Assembly (NCBI GenBank): GCA_963727775.1
Contig: CAVSHB010000001.1
Location: 256,001 to 320,000, forward strand
DNA length: 64,000 nt
Source of the DNA: an uncultured Nitrospiraceae bacterium
Lineage (GTDB): Bacteria > Nitrospirota > Thermodesulfovibrionia > Thermodesulfovibrionales > SM23-35
Reading direction: 5' to 3'
A program made the translations under genes and the position numbers. The notes under the pieces were generated by a model, which ran no database searches, was not told the DNA's origin, and saw only the letters and a list, made by a program, of their open reading frames with translations. Below are positions 21,048 through 31,689 of this stretch, piece after piece; position 1 is the first letter of the stretch; each line of letters starts with the position of its first letter.

Positions 21048-21695
21048 CTAAGGTTTGTAATTATACTTATTTACGCCTTTCGGCAGAGAGGGTTCGAACA
21101 ATTTGTCTTCCAGTCCCGTATTGATTTTAATGTCCTTTAAAGTCATCTCTATCCTGTTCGAATAAGAATCGTTTACAGTGAATGATTTTATCGGAAACTC
21201 GCCTTCGAAAAGTTCAATCTCTATGGAGAGGATCCCTCCCATCGGCTTTTTGGGTTTAAGGAGCAGCTTCCCGTTTTTGTCGGAGACTGCGAACTCTTCC
21301 TGTATCTTCCCAAACCCGCTTAAGAGGGCGATCGGCGCCTGGCCGTAAGTGTTCCTGTCAAATTTCCCGCTGAAGACCTGTTTTTCTTTTTTCTGAAAGA
21401 TAACGATTTCGTCATTATTAATAAACACATCCTGGGCATGCTCCCCTTTATACTCCCACTTCATCTTCATCGGCATTTTTATAAAAAACTTGCCGTTAAA
21501 TGTGTCGGTACGTTTCAGGTCCTTTACGTAGCTTTTCTGAACGAAGTTTCCTTTTATGTCCTTGATGTTTTCATAAGCCTTCTGTATCTTCGCAATTTCC
21601 TCATCCGCCGACGCAGCAGCCCCAATGACGGGAAACAGTAAACAACAAGCGGCAAGTAGCGAAATAATTACAAACCTGTTTTTAAGATATTTCAT
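21048..21695 (-). CDS. lolA: Outer-membrane lipoprotein carrier LolA-like protein
   Basis: Signal peptide followed by the LolA pattern F-x-Q ... G ... P-x-K-M-x-W-E-Y. Confidence 0.85.
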   Translation of the reverse strand: MKYLKNRFVIISLLAACCLLFPVIGAAASADEEIAKIQKAYENIKDIKGNFVQKSYVKDLKRTDTFNGKFFIKMPMKMKWEYKGEHAQDVFINNDEIVIFQKKEKQVFSGKFDRNTYGQAPIALLSGFGKIQEEFAVSDKNGKLLLKPKKPMGGILSIEIELFEGEFPIKSFTVNDSYSNRIEMTLKDIKINTGLEDKLFEPSLPKGVNKYNYKP

Positions 21696-21762
21696 TTGCT
21701 CCTCTATTATGTTTTATTTTATATTTTAAACGAACCCGCCCGCAGAAAGCCAAGGTTGACCC

Positions 21763-21933
21763 TGAGCCCACTTAATTCATAAAATTTGCCGGTGCCGACA
21801 GATACAGTATTTGCGCTCATTCTCGGCCCGATACCAATTGGGCCTCCGAGGTAAATTCTTTCTTCGAAAGAATTTAAAACCGCTTAAATACTGTATCTGT
21901 CGGCAATCTTATGATATGAATAGCGTAGGTTAG
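21763..21933. repeat. ~170-bp MITE-like structured repeat, copy 2 (inverted relative to copy 1)
   Basis: Near-collinear with the reverse complement of 10687-10851. It shares CAGTATTTGCGCTCATTCTCG and GGGCCTCCGAGGTAAATTCTTTCTT..AAAGAATTTAAAACCGCTTAAATACTG. Confidence 0.88.
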
Positions 21934-22032
21934 TTTTTTCAATAAAACTTAAAATCGCCCCCACTCCAAATCTGGAACCTGAGCAAGAAAGTCCTTGTTG
22001 ATTAAACCTTAGCCTGCATTTTATAGTTTTGG

Positions 22033-22842
22033 ATGACGGATACCTGGCGTTTTATTGACAGCGGGCCTTGCTCTGCTGCTTACAATATGGCACTGGATGA
22101 AGCGGTTGCCCATGCCGTGAGAAAAGAAAGCGCACCTCCGACATTGAGGTTTTACGGATGGGATGTGCCGTCAGTAAGCATCGGATGTTTTCAGAAGGCG
22201 CATGATATCGATACAATTTTCTGCCGGGAAAACCGTATCCCTTTGGTCAGAAGGATGACAGGCGGACGTGCTGTCCTGCATTACCATGAACTCACCTATA
22301 GTTTTTCAGTAAAAACAGCGTCGGGACCGTTCTCGCAGGGATTGCTTGACAGCTATAAAAAAATCAGCTCTGCATTCGGACTTGCATTATTAAAAACGGG
22401 GATTTCGCCGGAATTAAAATTGCAAAGAGAGGCCGGCCATTGTTCCTCTGCAACGCGACAACCGAGAAGTCCGTCATGTTTTCAGTCAACATCATACGGA
22501 GAAATCTCCGTGAATAGCATAAAAATTATAGGCTCCGCACAAAAGCGCTGGCCCGACGGTCTGCTCCAGCAAGGTTCCATCCCTCTTAGCCAGGATGAAA
22601 ATGCGATGGCTGCGATATTCAGACTCGGTTCAAAGAATGACACCAGAAAGTCTTCTGTCGGGTTGACAGAGATAGTCCCTGAATTAGACATCGATTCAAT
22701 TAAAGATTCCATCAGGATTTCTTTTGAAGAGACGTTTAATGCAAAATTTACTTTTTCAGTTCCGTCAAAAGAAGAAATTGTATTTGCCCGGGAACTCGAA
22801 GCCCAAAAATATCTTTCCCCCCGGTGGACCTTCAAAAGATAG
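22033..22842 (+). CDS. Lipoate-protein ligase A/LipM-family protein
   Basis: NMALDEA, PTLRFYGW, RRMTGGRAVLH and KIIGSAQ motifs. Confidence 0.9.
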   Translation: MTDTWRFIDSGPCSAAYNMALDEAVAHAVRKESAPPTLRFYGWDVPSVSIGCFQKAHDIDTIFCRENRIPLVRRMTGGRAVLHYHELTYSFSVKTASGPFSQGLLDSYKKISSAFGLALLKTGISPELKLQREAGHCSSATRQPRSPSCFQSTSYGEISVNSIKIIGSAQKRWPDGLLQQGSIPLSQDENAMAAIFRLGSKNDTRKSSVGLTEIVPELDIDSIKDSIRISFEETFNAKFTFSVPSKEEIVFARELEAQKYLSPRWTFKR

Positions 22843-22873
22843 ACATAAATTATTTGATGGTATAATTGAAACT

Positions 22874-23767
22874 ATGTACATTTATTTAAACGGTAAGATT
22901 GTCCCTTCAAAAGACGCCGTAGTTTCTGTTTTTGATCACGGCTTCCTTTACGGAGACGGTATCTATGAGACTATGAGGAGCTACGATGGCGTTATATTTA
23001 AGCTTGACGAACATCTTAAGAGGCTTTATCGTTCCGCGTCTCTGATAGGACTTGCCATGCCCTCCGGCGCAGACGCCATAAAAATTTCTATTTATGAGAC
23101 GCTCATGGCCAACTCTCTCAGTAATGCCTATATAAGGTTGACTATCTCAAGGGGACGCGGACCTATAGGCCTCGATCCGGACTTATGTCCCGAGCCTACA
23201 ATAGTGATGATAGCGCAGGAACTGAAGGCATACCCGCAGGCATATTACAAAAACGGGCTTGCCCTCATTATTTCCAAAACAAGGAGGAACCTCGCAACGG
23301 CAATAAACCCGAATATAAAATCGCTGAATTTCCTCAACAATATCCTCGCGAAGATAGAGGCAAAAAACAAAGGAGCGTATGAAGCTCTGATGCTGAACGC
23401 ATCGGGAAAGCTTACTGAAGGCACTATCAGTAACGTGTTTTTTTATAAAAGCGGCGTTCTCTATACTCCATCCGTTGACTGCGGAATTCTCGACGGGATA
23501 ACAAGGGGAGTTATCATTGACCTCGCCGGCAAAGAAGATATCAAGGTAAAAGAAGGCAAGTTTACAAAAAACGATGTCTATTCCGCAGAAGAGGTTTTTA
23601 TCACGAATACGACCATGGAGGTCATGCCGGCCTCAAAGGTCGACGATCAGAGATATGCTGTCGGCACAACAGCAAAATTACTTCGCAAGCTATACATGCG
23701 GGAAGTAGCTGCATACGTCGCAAATACGAAGGCACAAGGCCCTTCAATCTGGGGAGAAATGGAATAG
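22874..23767 (+). CDS. Class IV PLP aminotransferase (IlvE/PabC-like)
   Basis: DHGFLYGDGIYE, IKSLN, EGTISNVF and ILDGITR. ATG at 22874. Confidence 0.92.
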   Translation: MYIYLNGKIVPSKDAVVSVFDHGFLYGDGIYETMRSYDGVIFKLDEHLKRLYRSASLIGLAMPSGADAIKISIYETLMANSLSNAYIRLTISRGRGPIGLDPDLCPEPTIVMIAQELKAYPQAYYKNGLALIISKTRRNLATAINPNIKSLNFLNNILAKIEAKNKGAYEALMLNASGKLTEGTISNVFFYKSGVLYTPSVDCGILDGITRGVIIDLAGKEDIKVKEGKFTKNDVYSAEEVFITNTTMEVMPASKVDDQRYAVGTTAKLLRKLYMREVAAYVANTKAQGPSIWGEME

Positions 23768-24272
23768 CCCTGTCCTTGCCGCAGCTGGATTTTGCCGTGC
23801 TTATAGTTTCTTTCTCACCACACCAATGTCGATGTCCTGAACCTGTTTCTTTCCGTTTCTACTCCTCTGAATCGGGAAATCAGCGCTGACGTTAAATTCT
23901 CCCTAAAACACACGCAGAGAACATTCTCCCCCAAAATGAAGCATTCAACCCGAAATTAAGAATCCCTTCTCCAAGACTTCGTTCAGAAGTTTGCAACGAC
24001 GATTTTTCCGCAAGAGCGTCAACTTCACTTTACAATCAATACGCAGCAATCTGCTATCCTATCTTTTTTCAAAGATAAATTTTCTCGGGTTTGCCAGTGG
24101 TTACTTTGATACATACGCAAAGTAATCATATGACTGTACTGGTTATTCCGATCGGAAGACTTCCGCACTGTGTCTTATGTTTGTCAGATATGGGAGGCTT
24201 TTTAGGCCCGTCGCAGATGTGTAAAGATCAATAGATATCTCACCGAAGTCTTCTTAAACGAGCTCTTTCTTC

Positions 24273-24336
24273 TTTACGAAATCTTTATACTTTTAGGCCT
24301 ATTCTTTATACCTATTTTACACATCTTTTTGATAAT
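24273..24336 (+). promoter_or_regulatory. Putative KdpE-binding direct repeats and promoter
   Basis: TTTATAC-N4-TTTACAC (24305-24322) matches the E. coli KdpE site pattern. A second pair lies at 24273-24290, and GATAAT at 24331. Confidence 0.7.
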
Positions 24337-24424
24337 CTGGAGTGATGGAGGCAGACAAGAATGGATGGGTATATCTTTTGTGGTTCTTGGGTACCGGACT
24401 GCTGTGAAGCTCTTGAACGCATAA

Positions 24425-24982
24425 ATGACAGAAATGAATAAATTGATTCACTCACAATCTTTGCAGTCCCTTTTCAGTGTGACTGGCGAATCGCAAGCAG
24501 CCGTTACGAAACACCCGTTACTTTATGAGACGGCTCCTGATGCGAAAGGTGGTTTTGTAGTAATCCCTGTCGCAGATGTGGACCAATTGTCGATGAACGC
24601 AATTAGTTATACAAAACTTCTTGGCGGTGAAATTGTTGCCGTCCACATACTTCTTAATCCTTCGGATAGGGATAAGATGGAATACCGGTGGAAATTACAA
24701 AATATGGATATTCCTCTTTATATCGTTGAATCACCCCACAGCTCTATCATTGAGCCGCTCATGACCTATGTCGATGCAATACATCGTCGCCATAACGAAA
24801 GTACCGTCACTATAGTATTGCCTGTGCTTATCACGCTGAAATGGTGGCATCGCTATCTGCACAACCAGACAGTACGATTAATAGAAAGGGCTTTTCAACG
24901 AGAGACAGGAGTGACAACCGTACGCGTTCCGTTTTTCTTAGAAAAAAGAAAAAATGAAACGCGATATTGTAAACGGGGATGA
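24425..24982 (+). CDS. Stand-alone cytoplasmic C-terminal domain of a KimA/YdaO-type APC potassium transporter
   Basis: VVIPV..., AISY, VAVHI, VESPHSSIIEPL.YVD, VTIVLP, KWWHRYLHNQT and VPF. No TM permease domain. Confidence 0.75.
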   Translation: MTEMNKLIHSQSLQSLFSVTGESQAAVTKHPLLYETAPDAKGGFVVIPVADVDQLSMNAISYTKLLGGEIVAVHILLNPSDRDKMEYRWKLQNMDIPLYIVESPHSSIIEPLMTYVDAIHRRHNESTVTIVLPVLITLKWWHRYLHNQTVRLIERAFQRETGVTTVRVPFFLEKRKNETRYCKRG

Positions 24983-25063
24983 AACGACCTATGCTTTGTC
25001 TTAAAAGGACTGGAAAAGTGACCGATTTTTTTCTTATCTCATCTTTAAAAAGGAGGACGCACA

Positions 25064-25159
25064 ATGAACCTTATAATCTGGTTGCCGGCAATGTTTTTTC
25101 TGGGAATTGGTGCAATGACACTATGTTATCTCTTCATAAAAGCTTGCGAGAAAATATAA
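25064..25159 (+). CDS. 31-aa membrane micropeptide upstream of kdpF
   Basis: MNLIIWLPAMFFLGIGAMTLCYLFIKACEKI with a strong AGGAGG RBS. Confidence 0.75.
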   Translation: MNLIIWLPAMFFLGIGAMTLCYLFIKACEKI

Positions 25160-25175
25160 AAGCGAGGTGATGTCA

Positions 25176-25259
25176 ATGCTGATCTATCTGACAGTAGCTG
25201 TTGTGGTGTTCCTGTTCATTTACCTGTTTCTGGCCCTGATCCGGCCGGAATGGTTCTAA
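25176..25259 (+). CDS. kdpF: K+-transporting ATPase F subunit
   Basis: MLIYLTVAVVVFLFIYLFLALIRPEWF carries the YL..AL..PE.F signature. GAGGTG RBS. Confidence 0.9.
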   Translation: MLIYLTVAVVVFLFIYLFLALIRPEWF

Positions 25260-25305
25260 CAGGGACGTCAATGAAAACCGAAATACTTATTAAAGGAGCT
25301 AAATA

Positions 25306-27135
25306 ATGTTTATGCAAACCTGGTTTCTTCCCATATCGCTTCTGATAGTTGGGAGCTTGATCGCGTTCCCTTTAAGTCGCTACCTGGCGTGGATCATGGA
25401 AGGAAAGTACCGGCCCTTGCCGGTCTTTGGGTGGTTCGAAAAACGCCTGGACAGTGGCCCCCAAAACTGGAGGCAGTACGCCGGCTCTTTGCTCGTCTTC
25501 AACACCTTGCTGTTTGTCTTCGGCTTTCTTGTGCTGGCGCTTCAGCAATGGACGCCTCTGAATCCTGACGGCAAGGTGATGCTTGCCCCAAGTACGATTT
25601 TTAACAGCGTAATCTCATTCATGACGAACACGAATCTCCAGCACTATTCCGGGGACCAACATTTATCCAACTTCAGCCAGATTTTCTTTTGCATCTCCAA
25701 TATGTTTATATCGGCCTCTATCGGCTTCTGCGCGCTGGTGGCGATCATCCGGGCCCTGCGCGGGGAATCCGCCCTCGGCAACTTCTTCGTAGACATGTGG
25801 CGGGTAATAGTCTATATGTTTGTGCCCATTGCCTTTGTCATAGCCCTCTTTTTCCTGGTGCAAGGCAGCCCGATGACTTTAAAGAGCTCTTATCAGGTTT
25901 CGACTCTCGAACCTGCGGCCATGGGAACAACTGACAAGGGCGAAGTGAAGAAGCAGAACATCGTAGTCGGGCCGGTGGCCGCCCTTGAGTCCATCAAGAT
26001 GTTAGGGACGAACGGCGGCGGATTTTACGGCATGAACTCAGCTCATCCTTTCGAAAATCCCACAGCATTGACGAACTTTGTAAACATTTTGTCGATGATG
26101 CTGTTTCCATTCTCTCTCGTGTTGATGTACGGACGGATGCTCGGCCGATTGCGGCACGGCATCGTCATTTTTTCGGTTATGCTGACTTTAATGGCGGGAA
26201 CAATCGCCTGGTCGGTTTACTTTGACACACTAAAACCGAACCCGGGATTGACTGCTCATCCGGGCGCCCGAACGTATGAAATCCCTATCGCGACCGCGCC
26301 TGGCGGTAAGCGGGTTGTGTCTCTGCCGGCAGTCCCCGGCTTGCCGGTGGACCAGCATCTGGGCAATCTCGAGGGCAAAGAGATGCGCTTCGGAACCTCG
26401 GCAGGTGCTACATACGCAGCAGTAACAACAGACGTGACATGCGGCGCTGTCAATACCGAAGCCGACAGCCTTAATCCCCTTGCCGCCTTATCTCCAATGG
26501 CTGGGATGTGGCTGAACTGCATCTTCGGCGGCAAAGGTGTGGGGATGATCAACATGTTGCTGTACCTGATAATCGGAATCTTCTTGGCCGGCCAGATGGT
26601 GGGGCGAACACCAGAATATCTGGGCAGGAAAATCGGGGCGCGCGAGATGAAACTGGCCACTATTGCACTGCTGGTCCATCCAATGCTGATCCTGATGCCC
26701 ACCGGTCTCTTCGCAGCAACGGACTGGGGAATGAAGGCCGTGAGCAATCCCGGGGCGCATGGTTTTTCACAAATGCTCTACCAGTTCTCCTCGGCCTCCG
26801 CAAATAACGGCTCTGCCTTCGACGGATTAGGGGTGACCTACGGTTTCTACAACAGCACAAGTCCTGCGCCGATGGCGGTTGCGTGGGATATTGCGACCGG
26901 TCTGGTGATGCTCTTCAGCCGTTTTCTTCCGATTGTCGCGCCGATCGCTATGGCAGCCTCTCTCGGAGCGAAGAAGGCGAGCCCCTTTGGTTTAGGGACC
27001 CTTCGGGATGACAGCCCCACCTTCGCCTTCCTCTTGATGGCAACAATTCTCATCATCGGAGCATTACTTTTCCTCCCGGTTGCCGCGCTTGGACCGATTG
27101 CCGAGCACTTTGGGCCGATCCCTTTCGGCGGCTGA
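25306..27135 (+). CDS. kdpA: K+-transporting ATPase A subunit
   Basis: Filter motifs TNTNLQHY, GTNGGG, GGKGVG and ANNGS, plus EGKEMRFG. Confidence 0.97.
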   Translation: MFMQTWFLPISLLIVGSLIAFPLSRYLAWIMEGKYRPLPVFGWFEKRLDSGPQNWRQYAGSLLVFNTLLFVFGFLVLALQQWTPLNPDGKVMLAPSTIFNSVISFMTNTNLQHYSGDQHLSNFSQIFFCISNMFISASIGFCALVAIIRALRGESALGNFFVDMWRVIVYMFVPIAFVIALFFLVQGSPMTLKSSYQVSTLEPAAMGTTDKGEVKKQNIVVGPVAALESIKMLGTNGGGFYGMNSAHPFENPTALTNFVNILSMMLFPFSLVLMYGRMLGRLRHGIVIFSVMLTLMAGTIAWSVYFDTLKPNPGLTAHPGARTYEIPIATAPGGKRVVSLPAVPGLPVDQHLGNLEGKEMRFGTSAGATYAAVTTDVTCGAVNTEADSLNPLAALSPMAGMWLNCIFGGKGVGMINMLLYLIIGIFLAGQMVGRTPEYLGRKIGAREMKLATIALLVHPMLILMPTGLFAATDWGMKAVSNPGAHGFSQMLYQFSSASANNGSAFDGLGVTYGFYNSTSPAPMAVAWDIATGLVMLFSRFLPIVAPIAMAASLGAKKASPFGLGTLRDDSPTFAFLLMATILIIGALLFLPVAALGPIAEHFGPIPFGG

Positions 27136-27207
27136 GGTAGACTTATTGCGCTATGAAAACTACTGAACTTATCAAGAAAGAATTCGAAAACAATAAAGGA
27201 GTGAGAC

Positions 27208-29370
27208 ATGAATTATGTATCGGCTGTCACGGAAGCAATTCCGGAAAAGAGTCAGCCTTCAGGACTGCCGAAGCCGCCGAAACGTATAAAAGGACGGCGA
27301 CTGCTAGAGAAAGAAACAACGGTGGCGGCATTGAAGCAGGCTTTCGTTATGCTCAGGCCAGACATCCAGTGGAACAATCCCGTGATGTTTGTGGTCGAGG
27401 TCGGCGCGTTTTTGACGTTGTTCTTTATTATTAAGGCTGCATGGGGTGGCGCCGCGAGCCAGGTGCCGATAGGCTATTTTATCGCCCTTGACGTGTGGCT
27501 TTTCCTGACCGTTCTGTTTGCGAACTTCGCAACCGCGCTTGCCGAGGCCCGGGGTAAAGCCCAGGCAGACTCGTTGAGACGGGCCCGTCACGACACGGTA
27601 GCGTACCGTTATAATGCCTCGGGCGACATCGAGGAAGTTTCCTCAAATGTCTTGAAGCCGGGTGATAAGGTTGTCGTAGAGGCAGGGCAGATGATCCCCA
27701 GCGACGGAGAGATCATCGAAGGCGTCGCTTCTATTAATGAGGCTGCAATTACAGGCGAGTCGGCGCCGGTCATTCGTGAATCGGGCGGCGACAGGTCCGG
27801 TGTAACAGGGGGCACCGTTGTACTCTCCGACCGGATCGTAGTCCGGATCACCAGCGGCGCGGGCGACACATTCCTAGACCGGATGATAGCCCTGGTTGAG
27901 GGCGCAATTCGTCAAAGGACACCGAACGAGATTGCGCTCACACTGGTTCTTTCGGCCCTGACGCTGGTTTTCCTGATCGTGGTGACTCCCCTCTGGGCAA
28001 TGGCCTGGAACGCCGAGCAATACATGATGGGCTTCCTCGGTATCCAGGAACCCTTGAAGAGTCTCGGCACGGATGTCCCGACTCTTATTGCGCTCCTCGT
28101 ATGTCTTATCCCGACAACTATCGGCGCTTTGCTTGCAGCCATTGGGATTGCAGGTATGGACCGTGCCCTTCAGGCCAACATTATCGCCAAGAGCGGTAAG
28201 GCCGTGGAGCTAGCCGGTGATATAGATACTGTGCTGCTGGACAAAACAGGCACGATTACGATAGGAAACCGCAATGCGACAAAGTTCCTTCCGATAGGAA
28301 AATATTCAGCGGGTGACTTGGGCCGGATAGCTGCTATGGCCTCGGCCGCCGATGAGACTCCAGAGGGTAAAAGCATCGTGAAGTTGTTCGAGAAGCAAAG
28401 CGCTGGCGCTCAGGTCACCGTGCCGACAGATGCCAAATTTATACCTTTTTCAGCGCAAACCCGCATGAGCGGTGTTGATCTTGCAGATGGCCGACGGCTA
28501 CGAAAAGGGGCGCCGGACGCTGTCATCAAATTCATCTCAGCCAATCAGGGCAGTGTGCCGGGTGACCTAGAAGGGTTGGTCCATTCTGTAGCAACCGAAG
28601 GCGCAACCCCGCTCGTCGTCTCTGAGGACGCCCGCATTTTGGGTGTAATCGTTCTTGAGGATATTTTGAAACCCAACATGCATGCCCGGTTCGATCGGCT
28701 GAGGAAGATGGGGCTGAGGACTGTCATGATTACCGGCGACAATCCTCTTACGGCTGCGACCATAGCCGCAAAAGCGGGAGTTGATGATTTTCTCGCCGAG
28801 GCCACGCCTGAGAACAAGCTCGCTTTCATACGGAAGGAACAAACAGGAGGGAAGTTAGTGGCTATGATGGGCGACGGCACAAACGATGCGCCGGCTTTGG
28901 CCCAGGCAGACGTTGCTTTGGCCATGAATGCCGGCACACAGGCGGCCAAGGAAGCGGCTAACATGGTCGATCTGGACAGTGATCCCACCAAGTTGATTGA
29001 GGTCGTCGAAATCGGGAAACAATTGTTGATGACGCGCGGCTCCCTTACGACATTCTCGATCGCAAATGACGTGGCGAAATTCTTTGCAATTATACCGGCG
29101 CTCTTTGCAGGTACGCTGCCGTGGCTGGGGGCAATGGATATTATGCACCTGCATTCACCTACGTCGGCCATTCTGTCAGCCGTCATCTTCAATGCGCTCA
29201 TCATCCCGGCGCTTATCCCGATCGCGCTCAAGGGAGTTGCATATCGGGCACTCGGCGCCGAGGCATTATTGAGGAGGAACCTATTGATATGGGGGCTTGG
29301 AGGCGTGATCGTGCCCTTCATAGGCATCAAACTGATAGACATGACTATGGTTGCCTTGAGTCTGGTATAA
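27208..29370 (+). CDS. kdpB: K+-transporting P-type ATPase B subunit
   Basis: NPVMF, TGES, LIPTTI, DKTGT and GDGTND motifs. Confidence 0.97.
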   Translation: MNYVSAVTEAIPEKSQPSGLPKPPKRIKGRRLLEKETTVAALKQAFVMLRPDIQWNNPVMFVVEVGAFLTLFFIIKAAWGGAASQVPIGYFIALDVWLFLTVLFANFATALAEARGKAQADSLRRARHDTVAYRYNASGDIEEVSSNVLKPGDKVVVEAGQMIPSDGEIIEGVASINEAAITGESAPVIRESGGDRSGVTGGTVVLSDRIVVRITSGAGDTFLDRMIALVEGAIRQRTPNEIALTLVLSALTLVFLIVVTPLWAMAWNAEQYMMGFLGIQEPLKSLGTDVPTLIALLVCLIPTTIGALLAAIGIAGMDRALQANIIAKSGKAVELAGDIDTVLLDKTGTITIGNRNATKFLPIGKYSAGDLGRIAAMASAADETPEGKSIVKLFEKQSAGAQVTVPTDAKFIPFSAQTRMSGVDLADGRRLRKGAPDAVIKFISANQGSVPGDLEGLVHSVATEGATPLVVSEDARILGVIVLEDILKPNMHARFDRLRKMGLRTVMITGDNPLTAATIAAKAGVDDFLAEATPENKLAFIRKEQTGGKLVAMMGDGTNDAPALAQADVALAMNAGTQAAKEAANMVDLDSDPTKLIEVVEIGKQLLMTRGSLTTFSIANDVAKFFAIIPALFAGTLPWLGAMDIMHLHSPTSAILSAVIFNALIIPALIPIALKGVAYRALGAEALLRRNLLIWGLGGVIVPFIGIKLIDMTMVALSLV

Positions 29371-29385
29371 CCAATTAAGGAGGAC

Positions 29386-30411
29386 ATGAATATGTCGAAA
29401 TATATTTCGAAAAGCATCTTGCTCTTGGCCCTTGCAGTGGTAATCTGCTGCATCCTTTATCCCCTTGCCTTATGGGCGATCGGGCAGGCTGTCTTTCCAT
29501 TCCAGGCCAACGGAAGCCTGGTGAAAGGCCCCGACGGCGCCATCGTCGGATCACGGCTCATTGCGCAGCCGTTTACCAAGGACGAGTACTTTCAGCCCCG
29601 TCCTTCCACGCCGTCGTTCGATGCGTCCGCATCGGCCTCGTCGTCCCTGGCCGCTTCGAACTACGCCCTACGCGACAGGGTAGCTCGTTCGCTAGGACCG
29701 ATTGTGACCTATCGGAGTGGGACTAAGGCCGAAAAGGCCGTGGCTCCAGATGTCGAGCAGTGGTTCCAGAAGGATATATACCAGGGGAACCCGCACATCG
29801 TCGCCCAGTGGGCCGACGTACACAACTCTCTTGCCCAGGCATGGGTCAATGCCGACCCGACACACGGCACGTATGTGGACAATTGGGCGAAAGCGCATCC
29901 GGCAGTGGTAGTGCAGTTCATTAAAGATAATCCTGGTACGCCGCAGCCCAAAGCTGCTGATCTGGCGATCGTGTTCTTTAAGAAATTCTCCGAGGAAAAC
30001 CCCGGAAAATTCCCTTCGGCTGTGACGCACAAAGGAGCGAACGGGAAGGACCAAACGAGCATTGAGCCGGTCAAGGAGGGTTCTGACGTTCAGACGACCT
30101 TTTTTGCTATGTGGAGAGAGGACCATCCCGATGCCGACCTTGAGGATGTTCCCGGCGACATGGTCACCGCTTCAGGTTCCGGGCTCGATCCTCATATTAC
30201 TTTGCAAAACGCCGAGTTTCAACTGGAGCGGGTCGCATCGAAATGGGCGGCTAACCTGAAACGTGAGCCATCGGCAGTTCGAAAAGAGATCGAACAGATA
30301 TTACAGAAGAATGCATCCGCCCCGTTTGGAGGACTCGTAGGTGAGAAGGTCGTCAACGTGCTGGAAGTCAATCTCGAACTTCGCAAGCTCTACGGAGCAC
30401 CGTCGTCATAG
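29386..30411 (+). CDS. kdpC: K+-transporting ATPase C subunit with a large internal insertion
   Basis: FQANGSL, GSRLIAQ, YFQPRPS, VTASGSGLDPHI and VNVLEVN motifs. Length 341 aa. Confidence 0.93.
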   Translation: MNMSKYISKSILLLALAVVICCILYPLALWAIGQAVFPFQANGSLVKGPDGAIVGSRLIAQPFTKDEYFQPRPSTPSFDASASASSSLAASNYALRDRVARSLGPIVTYRSGTKAEKAVAPDVEQWFQKDIYQGNPHIVAQWADVHNSLAQAWVNADPTHGTYVDNWAKAHPAVVVQFIKDNPGTPQPKAADLAIVFFKKFSEENPGKFPSAVTHKGANGKDQTSIEPVKEGSDVQTTFFAMWREDHPDADLEDVPGDMVTASGSGLDPHITLQNAEFQLERVASKWAANLKREPSAVRKEIEQILQKNASAPFGGLVGEKVVNVLEVNLELRKLYGAPSS

Positions 30412-30466
30412 ATGCACAACGACGGAGAGGACAATGTATCCATTGATTAATTAAAAGGAGGGAAGG

Positions 30467-31591
30467 ATGACGAAAAGGATTTTTACAATCGGTTTGATGT
30501 TATTAATGATATTAACATTTAGTGCGGGAGCATGGGCGGACGAGGAGAAGAAGGCAAGCAGTATCAATGTTGACGAAATAAAGAAAGCGCTCGGCCTGAG
30601 CATATATCTGCAGGGAGGATACAACTATAACTTTGCGAGCCCGGATTCAGGTGAGAACCAGTTGAGGGTGTTCGACCATAAGGCCAACAGCTTTACGCTG
30701 GACCTTGCGCAGATACAATTTGTAAAAGACCCGGCCGTAGGCGGCTTAGGCTATAAGCTGAAATTATCATTCGGTGAGACCGCTAAGTTCATCCATGCCA
30801 CGGGACTCGGCAATGCAGGCGATGAGTTTGATCTCACCGAGGCGTATATAAGTTATTCAGCGCCGTTGGGGAAAGGCCTCAGGTTTGATTTCGGAAAGAT
30901 GGCGACATATCACGGGGCTGAGGTAATTGAGGCGAGGGACAACCCTAACTATTCCCGTTCATATCTGTTCAACTTTGCAATACCATTCACCCATACAGGG
31001 CTGAAAATGAGTTATGCATTTTCCGATACCCTGAACGCGTCGGTCCATGTAGTCAACGGTTGGGACAACTTCAACGATAACAACAAGTCGAAAACCATGG
31101 GCTTATCAGTCGGCTATACCCCGGTTGAACAGCTTGCAATGATTTTTAACCTTATGTACGGACCTGAGAAGGACGATAACAACCACGACAACCGGTTTCT
31201 GTTCGACTGGGTAGGTACGATAAAGCCTGTAAAGAACCTTAGCATAATACTGAATACCGATTATGCGACAGAGCAACACACTGATCCCGACAGCGGCGGC
31301 ACGGCCAAATGGTATGGAGTATCGGCAATCGCAAAATACGACTTCAGCGACATGTACAGTTTGTCGTTGAGGGGAGAATATTTCAACGACCAGAACGGGG
31401 TGAGAACAGGTACCCCGCAGCATTTGAAAGAAGTAACGCTGACGCCGGAGATCAGGGTAGCACAGGGTTTGATCGTGAGGCCTGAGTACAGGCATGACTG
31501 GTCGAACGGAACGGTATTTGATGCACACGACATGCCGCTGAACAAGAAGCAGCAGGACACCATCGCGGTAGCGTTGATGTATACATGGTAA
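30467..31591 (+). CDS. Outer-membrane beta-barrel porin-like protein
   Basis: Signal peptide, N.NYSRS.LF..A.PFTHTG, NGWD, RPEYRHD and a C-terminal aromatic residue. Confidence 0.85.
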   Translation: MTKRIFTIGLMLLMILTFSAGAWADEEKKASSINVDEIKKALGLSIYLQGGYNYNFASPDSGENQLRVFDHKANSFTLDLAQIQFVKDPAVGGLGYKLKLSFGETAKFIHATGLGNAGDEFDLTEAYISYSAPLGKGLRFDFGKMATYHGAEVIEARDNPNYSRSYLFNFAIPFTHTGLKMSYAFSDTLNASVHVVNGWDNFNDNNKSKTMGLSVGYTPVEQLAMIFNLMYGPEKDDNNHDNRFLFDWVGTIKPVKNLSIILNTDYATEQHTDPDSGGTAKWYGVSAIAKYDFSDMYSLSLRGEYFNDQNGVRTGTPQHLKEVTLTPEIRVAQGLIVRPEYRHDWSNGTVFDAHDMPLNKKQQDTIAVALMYTW

Positions 31592-31689
31592 CCCTTAAAG
31601 ACAGGAAGATTTGAGATGAAACGATTCAATAGCGAGTTAATGGTCGCAGTAATACCGTGCAGGAGTGAAGAAAGGAAAGGGGGTGACTA

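Noticed and set aside
10687..21933. Invertible segment or composite transposon bounded by the inverted MITE copies
   Set aside because: The canonical pdxA-rsmA adjacency is preserved across copy 1, the enclosed genes are housekeeping, and there is no adjacent recombinase.
23770..24420. c-di-AMP (ydaO) riboswitch upstream of the kdp locus
   Set aside because: I could not find the conserved ydaO sequence blocks. Only KdpE-like repeats are evident. An Rfam scan would settle it.
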